A stretch of DNA of 64,000 nt from the human T2T-CHM13v2.0 reference genome, Homo sapiens: NCBI RefSeq assembly GCF_009914755.1, contig NC_060943.1. The stretch is one strand, 5' to 3'. This document shows, one piece after another, positions 42,201 through 54,600 of the stretch. The translations under genes were made by a program, and so were the position numbers. The notes below the pieces were generated by a model. It ran no database searches, was not told the DNA's origin, and worked only from the letters and a program-made list of their open reading frames with translations. Positions within the stretch are counted from its first letter, which is position 1; every line of letters starts with the position of its first letter.

Positions 42201-43070
42201 TTTGATGCCTATAGTGAAAAACTTAATATCTTCAGATAAAAACTAGAAAGAAGGTTTCTGGGAAACTGCTTTGTGATGTGTGCATTCATCTCACAGAGTT
42301 AAACCTTTCTTTTGATTGAGCATTTTGGAAACACTGTTCTTGTAGAATCTGCAAATGGACATTTGGGAGGGCATTGAGGCTGATTGTGAAAAACAAATTA
42401 TCTTCAGATAAAAACTAGAAAGAAAATTTTTGGGAAACTGCTTTGTGATGTGTGCATCCATCTCACAGAGTTAAACCATTCTTTTGATTGAGCATTTTGG
42501 AAACACTGTTCTTGTAGAATCTGCAAATGGACATTTGGGAGGGCTTTGAGGCCAGTTGTGAAAAACAAATTATCTTCAGATAAAAACTAGAAAGAAAGTT
42601 TTTGGGAAACTGCTTTGTGATGTGTGCATTCATCTCACAGTTAAACCATTCTTTTGATTGAGCAGCTTGGAAACACTGCTTTAGTAGAATCTGTGAAGGG
42701 ATATATGGGAGTGCTTTGAGGTTTATGGTGAAAAAGGAAATATCTTCAGATAAAAACTAGAAAGAAGCATTCTCAGAAACTGCTTTGTGATGTGTGCATT
42801 CTTCCCACAGAGATAAAACTTTCTTTTGATTGAGAAGTCTGGAAACACTGTCTTGGTAGAATCTACGAAGGGATATATAGGAGCACCTGGAGGCCTATGA
42901 TGAAAAAGGAAATATCTTCAGAGAAAAACTAGAAAGAAGCTTTCTGAGAAACTGCTCTGTGATGTGGGCATTCATCTCACAGAGGTAAACCTTTCTTTTG
43001 ATTGAGCAGTTTGAAAACATTGTTTTGGTAGAATCTGGGAAGGGATATTTGGGATCGCATAGAGGCCTAT
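39241..43070 (+). repeat. Alpha satellite, monomeric 'gattGagcag' layer (172-bp monomers)
   Basis: Measured period is 172 (39261 to 39433; 42260 to 42432 to 42604). No gtccattc monomers. Confidence 0.92.
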
Positions 43071-43076
43071 TTGTCT

Positions 43077-45001
43077 ATGGGTCACATGGAGTCTAAACAG
43101 CATGTTTATTTCTGCTATATTAAACTCCTGTTAAAACAGGGTGGTGTCTGAGTAACCACGGAAAATACGGCCACTCTAATCAACATGGTGGAAAAACATT
43201 GTCCTTGGTTTCCTGAAAAAGGAAACTTAGATGTAGAAGTATGGGATCCTGTTGCTGCAACATTCTGTGAACTGGTCTCCACAGGGAATTATGTTCCTGT
43301 CACTGTTTGGGGTGATTGGGCCTTGGCACATGCCATCCTGATGACATACCAATCCTGTGACCCTCTACAGTTACCACAATTTTATGAATCTGATGACACT
43401 CCACCTCTTCCTCAACCTTCCTCTCCTGCACAGCCTTCGTTATCTGATCACCCTCTCCCTTCAGCTACTCCTTCCCCCAACTGTCGATGTTGAGAATTCA
43501 ATGTCTAATTCCAGTGACTTTGGATTACAGTCACCCCCTGATGATCTTATTTCTTTCCATGAAGAGCTGGTACTTGTAGCTCCTGTGGCCCCGATTCACA
43601 CAGCCCAGGACCATATACATGCTAATTCTTTTCTTTTCAAACCTACAGAGTCACCTAATCGCTCTGGGACCAAACTACCATTTACCTATAATTCTTTAGG
43701 CCCTCCCCCATCCACTTCAGGCCCTCACTCTCCTGTCATTTCAGTTCCTCAACTGGTCACCTTGCCATCCACTCAGCCTGCTTCTCTTTATCCTTCTTCA
43801 CATATGGATGCCCGTAATCACCAGTATACTTCTGCTCCTTCTGCTCCCCTAATGCCCCTTTCTCACACTCTCATTCTGGTCCGACCCCCTCACCCTCAGT
43901 TTCCCTGATCTACACATGTTTTTCCTGTCACTTCTATGCCGACTCCATCTCAGATGCCTACTCTGGAAACTTCAATGCAATGCTTATTATGCCAAAACAA
44001 AGAAACAAATATATTAGATATGTGGACTTATCTGGTCGTGTTAGACCCTCCTACCTTCTAAGGGGTACAAATGCATCGTTATGTACCTCTTAATCTTACC
44101 TTTTTAAAAGAATTTAAGGATGCTTGTACTCAGTATGGTCCTACTTCTCCTTATGTTAAAATGGTATTACAAACTTTTTGTATTGAGGTCATTTTGCTTC
44201 CTTTAGACTGGGACATTTTGTCAAAAGCTGTTTTAACCCCATCTCAGCATTTACAATTTCGTATCTGGTGGTCAGAAGAGGCCCATTGGCAGGCTCAGCT
44301 AAATCAGACTAATAGCATTCTAATTACTCACGCTCAGCTCACAGGCTCCAATAGTTTCTCCGATGCTCATGCCCAATTAAACTTTGATGTTCTTACCACA
44401 GAAAAAGTAACAAAGGTGTGTATGATATCTTTGGATACATTATGCACTTCAGGCCAAGCTCCTGTTTCTTTTACCACAGTTAAACAAGGTAACTCTGAAT
44501 TATACACTGATTTTTTAGCAAAATTAGAAGATGCTGTTCAAAATTATTTCTCTGATGAGCATGCTCAAGGTATTCTCCTTTGTATGTTAGATTTTGAAAA
44601 TGCAAACCATGAGTGTAAAATGGCCATGTGTTCTGTCCAATGACAAAATTTACCTGATCACGAGGTGTTGCCTGTATATATTAAAGGTAGTGAAGACACT
44701 GGATCAGACACCCACAAAGCTATTCTCTGGGCATGGGCCATGGTGGACACCAACTAAACTGGTCCCACTAATTATTTTCTTGGAGTCTGCTATAATTGTG
44801 GTTAACTTGGTCATACTCAAAAAAATTGCACTGTTTAAAGCCTCCAAGCTGGATCAACAAACACAGCCAAATGCTGCTGCTACTGTTTGCCCACGTTGTC
44901 GCAAAGGTAAACATTGGGCAAGTAATTGCCACTCTAAGTATGATATAGATGGAAACCTCCTGCCAAAACACCAGGGAAATGGGGACTGGGGCCAATTCTA
45001 G
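43077..45001 (+). pseudogene. gag: HERV-K gag (MA, Pro-rich region, CA, NC), with multiple stops and frameshifts
   Basis: MA: MGHMESK...IKLLLKQGGV*...HCPWFPEKGNLD. CA: QYGPTSPY and DWDILSKAVLTPSQHLQF. MHR: VKQGNSELYTDFLAKL. Zinc knuckles: [13 protein letters not shown] and [14 protein letters not shown]. Confidence 0.93.
44974..44980 (+). promoter_or_regulatory. Decayed gag-pro -1 frameshift slippery site
   Basis: GGGAAAT just before the gag stop. Betaretroviral sites are typically GGGAAAC, and the next base is G, which fits CpG decay. Confidence 0.5.
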
Positions 45002-45111
45002 GCCCTAATATCAAATGGGATACTTCAGACTCAGATCAATGTTGGGTTTCCACTTCAGGCAGTCTCAACACAGCCCCCATTACAAACAAATTTACCTACA
45101 GCCAACCCAAA

Positions 45112-45978
45112 TTGGTCCAAGCCTCTCCTTCTCTCTCAGTACAATGCTTGTCCACCTCCACAGTAGGGGGTGGGGCAGTCGATCTCTCTAGTACTATTCC
45201 TTTAAATTTACTACCTAACTCTTTGCCTTTAATTGTTCCCACGGGGGTCACTGGCCCTTTATCTCGAGGTTTGGTAGGCCTGGTGTTAGATAGGGCATCC
45301 ACCTCTGGTAAAGGAATGACCATTCATAATGGTCTCATTAATTCTGATTCCATTGATGAGATTAAATTAATCATGTCTGCCAAGGTTCCTGTTTCCATTC
45401 TGGCTGGTGAGTCAATTGCTCAATTGCTTTTACTACCTAATATCGTTTTAAACAAAGGAGGTAAGACACATGGCCCTGGAATTGGCTCTTCTGGTGAAAA
45501 GCCTGATATTGGATTATTATAATTTCTAAACAATGGCTCACCTGCACAATACACATTCAAGGAAATAAGTTTAAGGGACTAGTAGATACTGGGGCTGATG
45601 TTTCTGTTATTTCCTCTACTTTACAGCCTTCCTCCTGGCTTAAACATCCTGCCAACATGGCACTAGTAGGTGTTGGAAATGCCAAGGAAGCTTATGAGAG
45701 CACATTTATCTTGCCTTGCACTGGCCCTGATTGTCAAAAGGGTACAATTCGGCTTTTTATCACACCAATCCCCATTAATCTTTGAGGTAGAGATTTACTG
45801 GCACATTGGGGGGCTGAAATTAATATTCCACATGACTCTTATAGTGCTTCCAGTCAGCATATGATGGAAAACATGGGATTTGTTCCTGGACTTGGTCTCA
45901 GTCCAAAACGTGAAGGGATTACTAAACCCCTCCCAGTTACTGTAAAAGAAAACAGGGCTGGTTTAGGTTATCCCTATT
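45112..45978 (+). pseudogene. pro: HERV-K pro: dUTPase, aspartic protease and G-patch, frameshifted
   Basis: dUTPase motifs GAVDL, VPTGVTGPL, GLINSD, GESIAQLLLLP and GIGSSG. Protease GLVDTGADVS (DTG at 45585-45593) and *GRDLL. G-patch MMENMGFVPGLGLS. Confidence 0.92.
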
Positions 45979-45979
45979 T

Positions 45980-47898
45980 ATGGTGGCCGCTGTCACACCT
46001 CCTGATCCTATCTCTTTACAATGGAAATCTGACACACCCCTTTGGATTCAACAGTGGCTGCTTTCTAAAAAATAACTGGAGGCTTTATCTCACTTGGTTT
46101 CTGAACAGTTACAACTTGGAAATGTGGAACTTTCTCTTTCCTCCTGGAATTCTCCTGTGTTTCTAGTAAAAACGACATCAGGCAAGTGGCTGATGGTAAC
46201 CAATTTAAGAGTCATTAGCTCTGCAATTAAATCTATGGTGGCAATCCAACCTGGCATGCCTGCCCCTGATTTAATACCTTTAATAATTAGAACAGCTTTT
46301 GCCAAAAGGTCCCAGTCTAAAGGAAACAAAATGACCTCAGTACAAAAAGTTTGTAATACCATTTTAACATAAGGAGAAGTAGGACCATACTGAGTACAAT
46401 TTACCTATAATTCTTCAGGCCCTCCCCCGTCCATTTCAGCCCCTCATCCTCCTGTCATTTCGGTTCCTCAACTGGTCACTTTGCCATCCACTCAGCCTGC
46501 TTTTCTTTACCCTTCTTCACATATGGACACCCATAATCACCAGTATATTTCTGCTCCTTCTGCTCCCCCAATGCCCCTTTCTCACACTCTCATTCTGGTC
46601 CGACCCCCTCACCCTCAGTTTCCCTATCTACACATGCTTTTCCTGTCACTTCTCTGCTGACTCCATCTCAAATGCCTACTCTGGAAACTTCAATGCAACG
46701 CTTATTACACCAAAACAAAGAAACAAGTAAATTAGATGTGTGGACTTATCTGGTCACTCTAATAATTCCTCAGGGAATACTAAATAGCCCTACAATCTGC
46801 CCATTTTATGTTGGGCAAGTTCTTTCACCAGTTCAAGCCCAATTTCCCCAGGCCTATATTCTTCATTATATTGATGATATTTTAATTGCTGCCCACACTG
46901 ATAAAGAATTAATTGACTATTTTCAAAGTTTGAGCCACCATGTTACAGAGGCTGGATTACACATCACTCAGGATAAAATTCAACAGACCACTTCTGTTCA
47001 ATATTTAGGAATAGTGGTCAAAAGACAACATATTCAACCTTAAAAAGTTGAAATTAGGAGAGACTCTTTGAAAACTTTAAATGACTTCCAAAAAGTTTTG
47101 GGTAACATTAATTATGTAAGACCTACTTTAGGCATTACAACCTATGCACTGTCTAAATTGTTTTCTATGCTGCAGGGAAAGTCCAATCTCTGCAGTCTCA
47201 GAACTTTGACCCCTGAGGCTTCACCAGAACTGGAATTCGTAGAGGAAAGAATCCAAACCACTCAGTTATCTAGAGTACAGCCATTTCAGCCTTTTCAGGT
47301 TCTGGTTTTTGCTTCATTACACTCTCCTACTGTACTAATAGTTCAACATAATGATTTAGTGGAGTGGTATTTTCTTCCTCATTCTGTGTCAAAAACTTTC
47401 TCTGTTTATCTAGATCAAATGGCCACTCTAATTGGACAGGCACTGTGTAGAATACTTAAAATTTCTGGATTTGATCCAAATTTAATTGTAGTTCCTTTAA
47501 ATCGGCTCGAAGTTCAGGCCACCTTTCAACATTCTGTACCGTGGCAAATTCACTTGGCTGATTTTATTGCCATTATTGACAATCATTACCAGAAGAACAA
47601 ATTGTTTGATTTTATAAAAATGACATCTTGGGTGGTCCATTGATTAACCAAAGATCAGCCCTTTCCTGAGGCCTTTACACTGTGCAGTGATGGCTCCAGT
47701 AATGGCAATGCTGATTATGTAGGTCCTACAGACAAGCTTATTTGTACCCCTTACACCTCTGATCAAAAGGCAGAGTTAATTACTGTCATTACTGCCTTGA
47801 AGGATTTCCCCAAACTGGGAAATCTTCTTTCAATAGCAAATAGGAGAAATATCTTTTTGCCTTGTGACATTTCCCCAAACCTTTAAATATTGTCTCTG
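45980..47898 (+). pseudogene. pol: HERV-K pol fragment (RT, connection, N-terminal RNase H), interrupted by gag-derived insertions
   Basis: RT motifs WNSPVFLVK..SGKWLM, PQGILNSPTIC, YIDD (46867-46878) and [14 protein letters not shown]. RNase H motifs SDGSSNG, QKAELI and LNIVS. No integrase. Confidence 0.92.
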
Positions 47899-47904
47899 TA
47901 TCTT

Positions 47905-48161
47905 CATGTGATCTCTGTGACCCACACCCTATTAGTACACTCCCTCCCCTTTTGAAAATCACTAATAAAAACTTGGTGGTTTTGTGGCTTGCACGGCATC
48001 AAGGAACCTGCCGAAATGTGATAACTCCCCCAGATACCCAGCTTTATAATTTCTCTCTTTTGTACTCTTTCCCTTTATTTCTCAGACTGGCTGACACTTA
48101 GGGAAATAGAAAAGAACCTACATGAAATAAAGTTGAATTATCAAGGACGGGTTCCCCGATA
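47905..48161 (+). mobile_element. MER11-type 3' LTR fragment (end of U3, R, U5) with poly(A) signal
   Basis: Starts catgtgatctctgtgacccacacc. AATAAA at 47964-47969. Ends gttccccgata. Homologous to 340-581. Confidence 0.9.
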
Positions 48162-51100
48162 ATTTTCATTCATCAGTTTGGAAACACTGTTTTTGTAGGA
48201 TCTGTGAAGGGATATTTGGCAGCACATTAAGGCCTATGTTGAAAAAGAAAATATCTTCATACAAAAACTAGAAAGAAGCTTTCTTAGAAACTGCTTTTTG
48301 ATGTGTGCATTCATCCCACAGTGTTAAACCTTTCTTTTGATTCAGTAATTTGAAAAAACTGCTTTTGTGGATTCTGCAAATGGACATCTGGGATTTCATT
48401 GAGGGCAATGGTGAAAAAGTGAATATATCAGGAGAAAAACTAGAAGGAAGCTGTCTGAGAAATTGCTTTGTGATGAGTGCATTCATCTTGAAGAGTTAAA
48501 CCATTCTTTTCATTCAGTAGTTGGGAAACACTGTTTTTTTAGAATCAGTGAAGGAATATTTGGGAGCGCATTGAGGCCTACAGTGAAAAAAATCTTCAGA
48601 TAAAAACTAGAAAGAAGAGATCTGAAAAACTGCTTTGTTATGTGTCCATTTATTTAACAGAGTGAAACCTTTCTTTTGATTCAGCAGTTTGGTAACACTG
48701 TTTTTGGCGATTCTGCGAATGGACATTTAGGAACTCATTGAGGCCAATGATGGAAAAGTGAATATCCCAGAATAAAAACCAGAAGGAAACTATCTGAGAA
48801 ACCACTTTGTGATATGTGCATTCATTTTGCAGAGTGCAACCATTCTTTTCATTAAGTGGTTTGGAAACACTGTTTTTGTAGGGTCTGCGAAGGGATATTT
48901 GGGAACGCATTGAGGCCCATGGCAAACAGAAGATATCTTCAGATAAAAAGTTGAATGGAACTTTCAGAGAAACTGTTTGTGATGTGTACATTCATCTCAC
49001 AGAGTTAAACCTTTCTTTTGATTCAGCAGTTTGGAACCACTGCTTTGGTCCATTCTGCAAGTGGACATTTGGGAGCTCATTGAGGCCAATGACAAAAAAG
49101 TGAATATCTCAGGAGAAAAACTAGAAGGAAGCTATCTGAGAAACCACTTTGTGATGTGTGCATTCATCTCACAGAATTAAAGGCTTCTTTTAATTCGGCA
49201 GTTTGCAGACACTGTTTTTATAGGATTTGTGAAGTGATATTTTAGAATGCATAGAGGCCTATGGTGAAAAGGAAAATATCTTCAGATACAAAATAGAAAG
49301 AATCTTTCTGAGAAACTGCTTTATGATGTGTGCATTCATCTCACAGAGATAAACTTTCTTTTCATTCAGCAGATTGGAAACGCTGCTTTTGTAGAATCTG
49401 CAAACTGATATTTGGGAGCTCATTGAGGCCTATGCTGAAAAAGAATCTATCTTCATATAAAAGCTAGAAAGAAGCTTTCTGAGAAAGGGTTTGTGATGTG
49501 TGCATTCATCACACAGAGTTTAACATTTGTTTTGATTCAGGAATTTGGAAACACTGTTTTTCTCCATTCTGCAAACAGACATTTGGGAGCTCATTGACGA
49601 CAATGGCAAAAAAGTGAATATCCCAGGATAAAAACAAGAAGAAGCTATCTGAAAAACCGCCTTGTGGTGTATACATTCATCTCACAGAATTAAGCATTTC
49701 TATTCATTCAGCAGTTTGGAAAAACTGCTTTTGTAGAATCTGTGATGGGATATTTGGGAGTGTTTGAGATCTATGGTGAAAAAGAAAATATCTTCATAAA
49801 AAACTAGAAAGAATCTTTTGGAGAAGATTGCCACATGTGCATTCATCTCACATAGTTAAAACTTTCCTTTGATTCAGAGTTTTGGAAACACTGTTTTTGT
49901 AGAATCTGTGAAGGGATATTTGGGAGTGCATTGAGGTCTATGTTGAAAATGAATATATCTTCAGATAAAAACTAGCAGGAAGCATTCTTTAAACTGTTTT
50001 GTGATGTGTGCTTTCATCTCTCATAGTTAATCCTTTCTTTCTATTTAGCAGTTTGGATAAACTGTTTTTGTCCATTCTGCGAATGCACATTTGTGAGCTC
50101 ATTGAGGCCAGTGGTGAAAAAGTGAATATCCCAGCATAAAAACTAGAAGGAAGCTATCTGAGAAACCTCTTTGTGACGTGTGTATTCGTCTCACAGATAT
50201 AAACCTGCTTTTTCATTCGGCATTTTGGAAACACTGTTTTTGTAGAACCTGCAAAGGGATATTTGAGAATGCATTGTCTATGGTGAAAAAGAAAATGTCT
50301 TCAGATAAAAACTGAAAATGTTTCTGAGAAACTGCTTTGTGATGTGTGCCTTCATCTCACAGAGTAACCATTTCTTTTAATTCAGCAGTTTGGAAAAACT
50401 GTTTTTGTCCATTCTGTGAATGGACATTTGGGAGCACATTGAGACCAATGGAGAAAAAGTGAATATTCCAGGATAAAGACTAGAAGGAAGCTATCTGAAA
50501 AATCACTTTGTCATGTGTGCATTCATCTCACAGAGATAAACCATTCTTTTCATTAAGCAGCTTGGAATATCCATTTTTGTAGAATCAGCAAAGGGATAGT
50601 TGGGAGGCCATTTATGCCAAAAGTGAGAAAGCGAATATCCCAAGATAACTTTTAGATGGAAGCTGTCTGAGAAACCCCCTTGTAATATGTGCATTCATTT
50701 CACAAGGTTAAACTTTTCTTTTCGTTCAGCAGTTTGGAAACACTGTTTTCATAGAAGCTGCGAAGGGGTATTTTGAATTGCATTGAGGCCTAGGGTGAAA
50801 AAGAAAATATCTTGAGAGAAAAACTAGAAAGATGCTTTCTGAGAAACTGTCTTGTGAGGTCTCCATTTATCTAACAGAATGAAAGCTGTCATTTGATTCA
50901 GCAGTTTGGAAACTCTGTTTTTGTCCATTTTCCGAATGGACATTTGGGAGCTCATTGAAGACAATGGCGAAAAAGCAAGTATCCCTGGATGAAAACTAGA
51001 ACAAAGCTATCTGAGAAATTGCTTTGAGATGTTTGCATTCAGGTAGCAGAGTGAAATATTACTTTTCAATCAGCAGTTTGGAAACACTATTTGGGAGCGA

Positions 51101-51650
51101 ATTGAGGCCTGTGGTGAAAAAGAAATTATTTTCAGATAAATACGGAAAAGAAGCTTTCTTGGAAACTGCTTTGTGATGTGTGCTTTCATCTCACACAGTT
51201 AATCCTTTCTTTTCATTCAGCAGTTTGGGAACACTGTTTTTGTAGAATCTGTGAAGGGATATTTGGGAGCAACTTGAGGCCTATGGGAAAAACAAAATAT
51301 CTTCAGATATGAACTAGAAAGAAGATTTCTGAGAAACTGCTTTGTGATGTGTGCATTCATCCCACAGAGTTAAACTTTTGTTTTCATTCAGCAGCTTGGA
51401 AACACTGTTTTTGTCCATTTTGTGAATGGATGTTTTGGAGCTCATTGAGGTCAATGGCAAAAAAGCAAGTATGCCAGGATAAAAACTACAAGGAAGCAAT
51501 CTGAGAAACTGCTTTGTGATGTGTGCATTCATCTCACATAGTTAAACTTTTCTTTTTATTCAGAAATTTGGAATCACTGTTTTTGTAGAATCTGCAAAGG
51601 GATATTTGGGAGTACATTGAGGCCTATAGTGAAAAATAAAATATCTTCAG
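48162..51650 (+). repeat. Alpha satellite, dimeric layer (same X/Y types as 19001-39240)
   Basis: gtccattc...gaatggac monomers (e.g. 50406-50426) alternate with gtagaatc monomers. Right boundary is approximate. Confidence 0.88.
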
Positions 51651-54600
51651 AGAAAAACAAGAAAGAAACTTTCTGAGAAACTACTTTCAGGTGTGTACAT
51701 TCATCTCACAGAGTTAAAACTTTTATTTGATTGAGCAGTTTGGAAACACTGTTTTGGAAGTATTGCAAAGGTTTATTTGGGAGCCAATTGAAGCCTATAG
51801 TGAAAAATGAAGTACCTTTAAATAAAAACTAGAAAAAAGCTTTCTCAGAAACTGCTTTGTGATGTGAGCACTCTTCTCACAGTGTTAAACCTTTCTTTTG
51901 ATTGAGCAGTTTGGAGACACTGTTTTGGTGGAATCTGCGAAGGGATATTTGGAAGCACTTTGAGGCCTATGATGAAAAAAGGAAATATCTACAGATAAAA
52001 ACTAGAAAGAAGCTTTCTGGGAAACTTATTTGCCATGTGTGCATTCATCTTACAGAGTTAAACCTTTCTTTTGATTGAGCAATTTGGAAACACTGTTTTT
52101 GTAGAATCTGCTGAGGGATATTTGGGAGCGCTTTGAGGGCAATGGTGAAAAAGGAAATATCTTCAGATAAAAACTAGAAAGAAGCTTTCTCAGAAATCGT
52201 TTTGTAGGGTGTGCATTCTTCTCACAGAGTTAAACGTTTGTGTTGATTGAGCAGTTTGGAAATACTGTTCTTGTAGAATCTGCGATGGGATATATGGGAG
52301 CACATTGTGGCCTATGTTGAAAAATGAAATATCTTCAGAGAAAAACTAGAAAGAAACCTTCTGAGAAACAGCTTTGTTATGTGTTTATTTTTCTAACAGA
52401 TTTAAACTTTTCTATTGATTGAGCAGTCTGGAAACACTGTTTTTTTTAGAACCTAAGCAGGGATATATGGGAGAGCATTGAGGCCTATGGTGAAAAAGTA
52501 AATATCTTCTGAGAAAAACTGAAAAGAAGCTATCTGAGAAATGGCTTTTTGATGTGTGCATTCATCTCACAGAGTTAAATCTTTCTTTTGATTGAGCAGT
52601 TTGGAAACACTGTTTTGGTAGAATCTGCGAAGGGAAATTTGGGAGCACTTTCAGGCCTATGGTGAAAAAGGAAATATCTTCAGATAAAAAGTAGAAAGAA
52701 GCTTTCTGATAAACTGCTGTGTGTAGAATACATTCACCTCACAGAGTTAAACTTTTGTTTTGATTGGGCAGTTTGGCAGCAGTATTTTTGTAGAATCTCA
52801 GAAGAGATATTTTGTAGCACTTTGAGGCCTAAGGTGAAAAATGAAATATCCTCAGATTAAAACTAGAAAGAAGCTTTCTGAGGAAACTGCTTTGTGATGT
52901 GTGTATTAATCTCACAGAGTTAAGCCTTTCTTTTGAGTGAGCAGTGTGGAAACCTTCTTTTGGTAGAATCAGGAAAGAGATACTTGGGAGCGCATTTAGG
53001 CATATGATGAAAAAGAAAATATCTTTAGATAAAAACCAGAAAGAAGGTGTCTCGGCAACTGCTTTGTGATGCAAACATTCCTCCACAGAGTTACACCTTG
53101 CTTTTCATTGAGCAATTTGGTGACACTGTTTTGGAAGTAACTGCGTAGGGATATTTTGGAGTGCACTGAGGCCTATGGTGAAAAAGGAAATATCTTCAGA
53201 TAAAAATTTGAAAGAAGCTTTCTCAGAAACTGCTCGGTGATGTGTGCATTCTTCTCAAAGAGTTAAGCCCTACTTTTGATTGAGCAGTTTGGAAACACTG
53301 TTTTGGTAGAATCTGTGAGGGGATATTAGGGAGCGCTTTGAGGCCAATGGTGAAAAAGCAAATATCATCAGAAGAAAACTAGAAAGAAGCATTCTGGGAA
53401 ACTGCTTTGTGAGGTTTGCATTCATCTCACAGAGATAAACCTTTCTTTTGATTGAGCAGTTTGGAAACACTGTTGTTGTAGAATCTGCAGAGGGTTATTT
53501 GGGAGCCCATTTAAGCATATGTTGCAAAAGGAAATATCTTCAGATAAAAACTGGAAATAAGCTTTCTCAGAAACTATTTTGTGATGTGTGCATTCTTCTC
53601 ACAGAGTTATACCTTCCTTTTGAGTGAGAAGTTTGTAAATACTGTTTTTGTAGTATCTGAAAATGGATATATCAGAGCAGATTGAGGCACAGAGTGAAAA
53701 AGGAAATATCTTCACAGAAAACAAGAAAGAAGCTTTCTGAGAAACAACTTCATAATGTGTAAATTCTTCTAACAGGGTTAAAACTTTCTTTTGATGGAGC
53801 AGTCTGGAAACACTGTTTTGGTAGAATCCACTGAGGGATATATGGGAGGGCATTGATGCCTATGGTGAAAAAGGAAATATCTTCAGAGAAAAATTAGAAT
53901 AGAAGCTTTCAGAGAAATTACTTTGTGATGTGTGCATTCATCTCACAGAGTTAAACCTTTCTTTTGATTGAGCAGATTGGAAACAATGTTTTGGTAGAAT
54001 CAGTGAAGGGATATTTTGGAGTGTATTGAGGCCTATGGTGTAAAAGGAAATATCTTCAGAGAAAAAGTACAGGGAAGCTTTCTGAGAAACTGCTTTGAGA
54101 TGAGTGCATTCTTCACACAGAGTAAAACCTTTCTTTGATTGGGCCACTTGGCAACAGTGTTTTTGTAGAATCTGAGAAAGGATATTTGGGAGCACTTTCA
54201 GGCCCATGGTGAAAAACGAAATATCTTCAGATAAAAACTAGAAAGAAACATTCTGGGAAACTGCCTTGTGGAGTGTGCCTTCATCTCACAGAGTTAACCC
54301 TTTCATTTGATTGTGCAGTGTGGAAACACTCTTTTGTTAGAAACTGTGAAGAGATATTTCGGAGCACATTGAGGCCCATAGAGAAAAATGAAATATCTTC
54401 AGATAAAAACTAGAAAGAAGCTTTCTCAGAAATTGCTTTGTGATGTGTGCATCCTTCTCACAGCATTAATCGTTTCTTTTGATTGAGCAGATTGGAAACA
54501 CTGTATGTGTAGTATCTGTGAAGAGATATTTTGGAGGACATTGAGGCCTATGGTGAAAAAGGAAATACCTTCAGATTAAAACTAGAAAGAAGCTTTCTCA

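Larger units (their letters stand above)
43071..48161 (+). mobile_element. HERV-K (HML-8/HERVK11-like) provirus remnant: no 5' LTR or PBS; gag-pro-partial pol; IN and env deleted; 3' end of a MER11 LTR
   Basis: Betaretroviral Gag, dUTPase, protease, G-patch, RT and RNase H motifs occur in order, followed by a MER11-type LTR end. Group assignment rests on the LTR. Confidence 0.92.

Noticed and set aside
43077-47898. Functional or domesticated retroviral protein
   Set aside because: Every gene has stops or frameshifts, an RT catalytic motif is deleted and the promoter LTR is absent.
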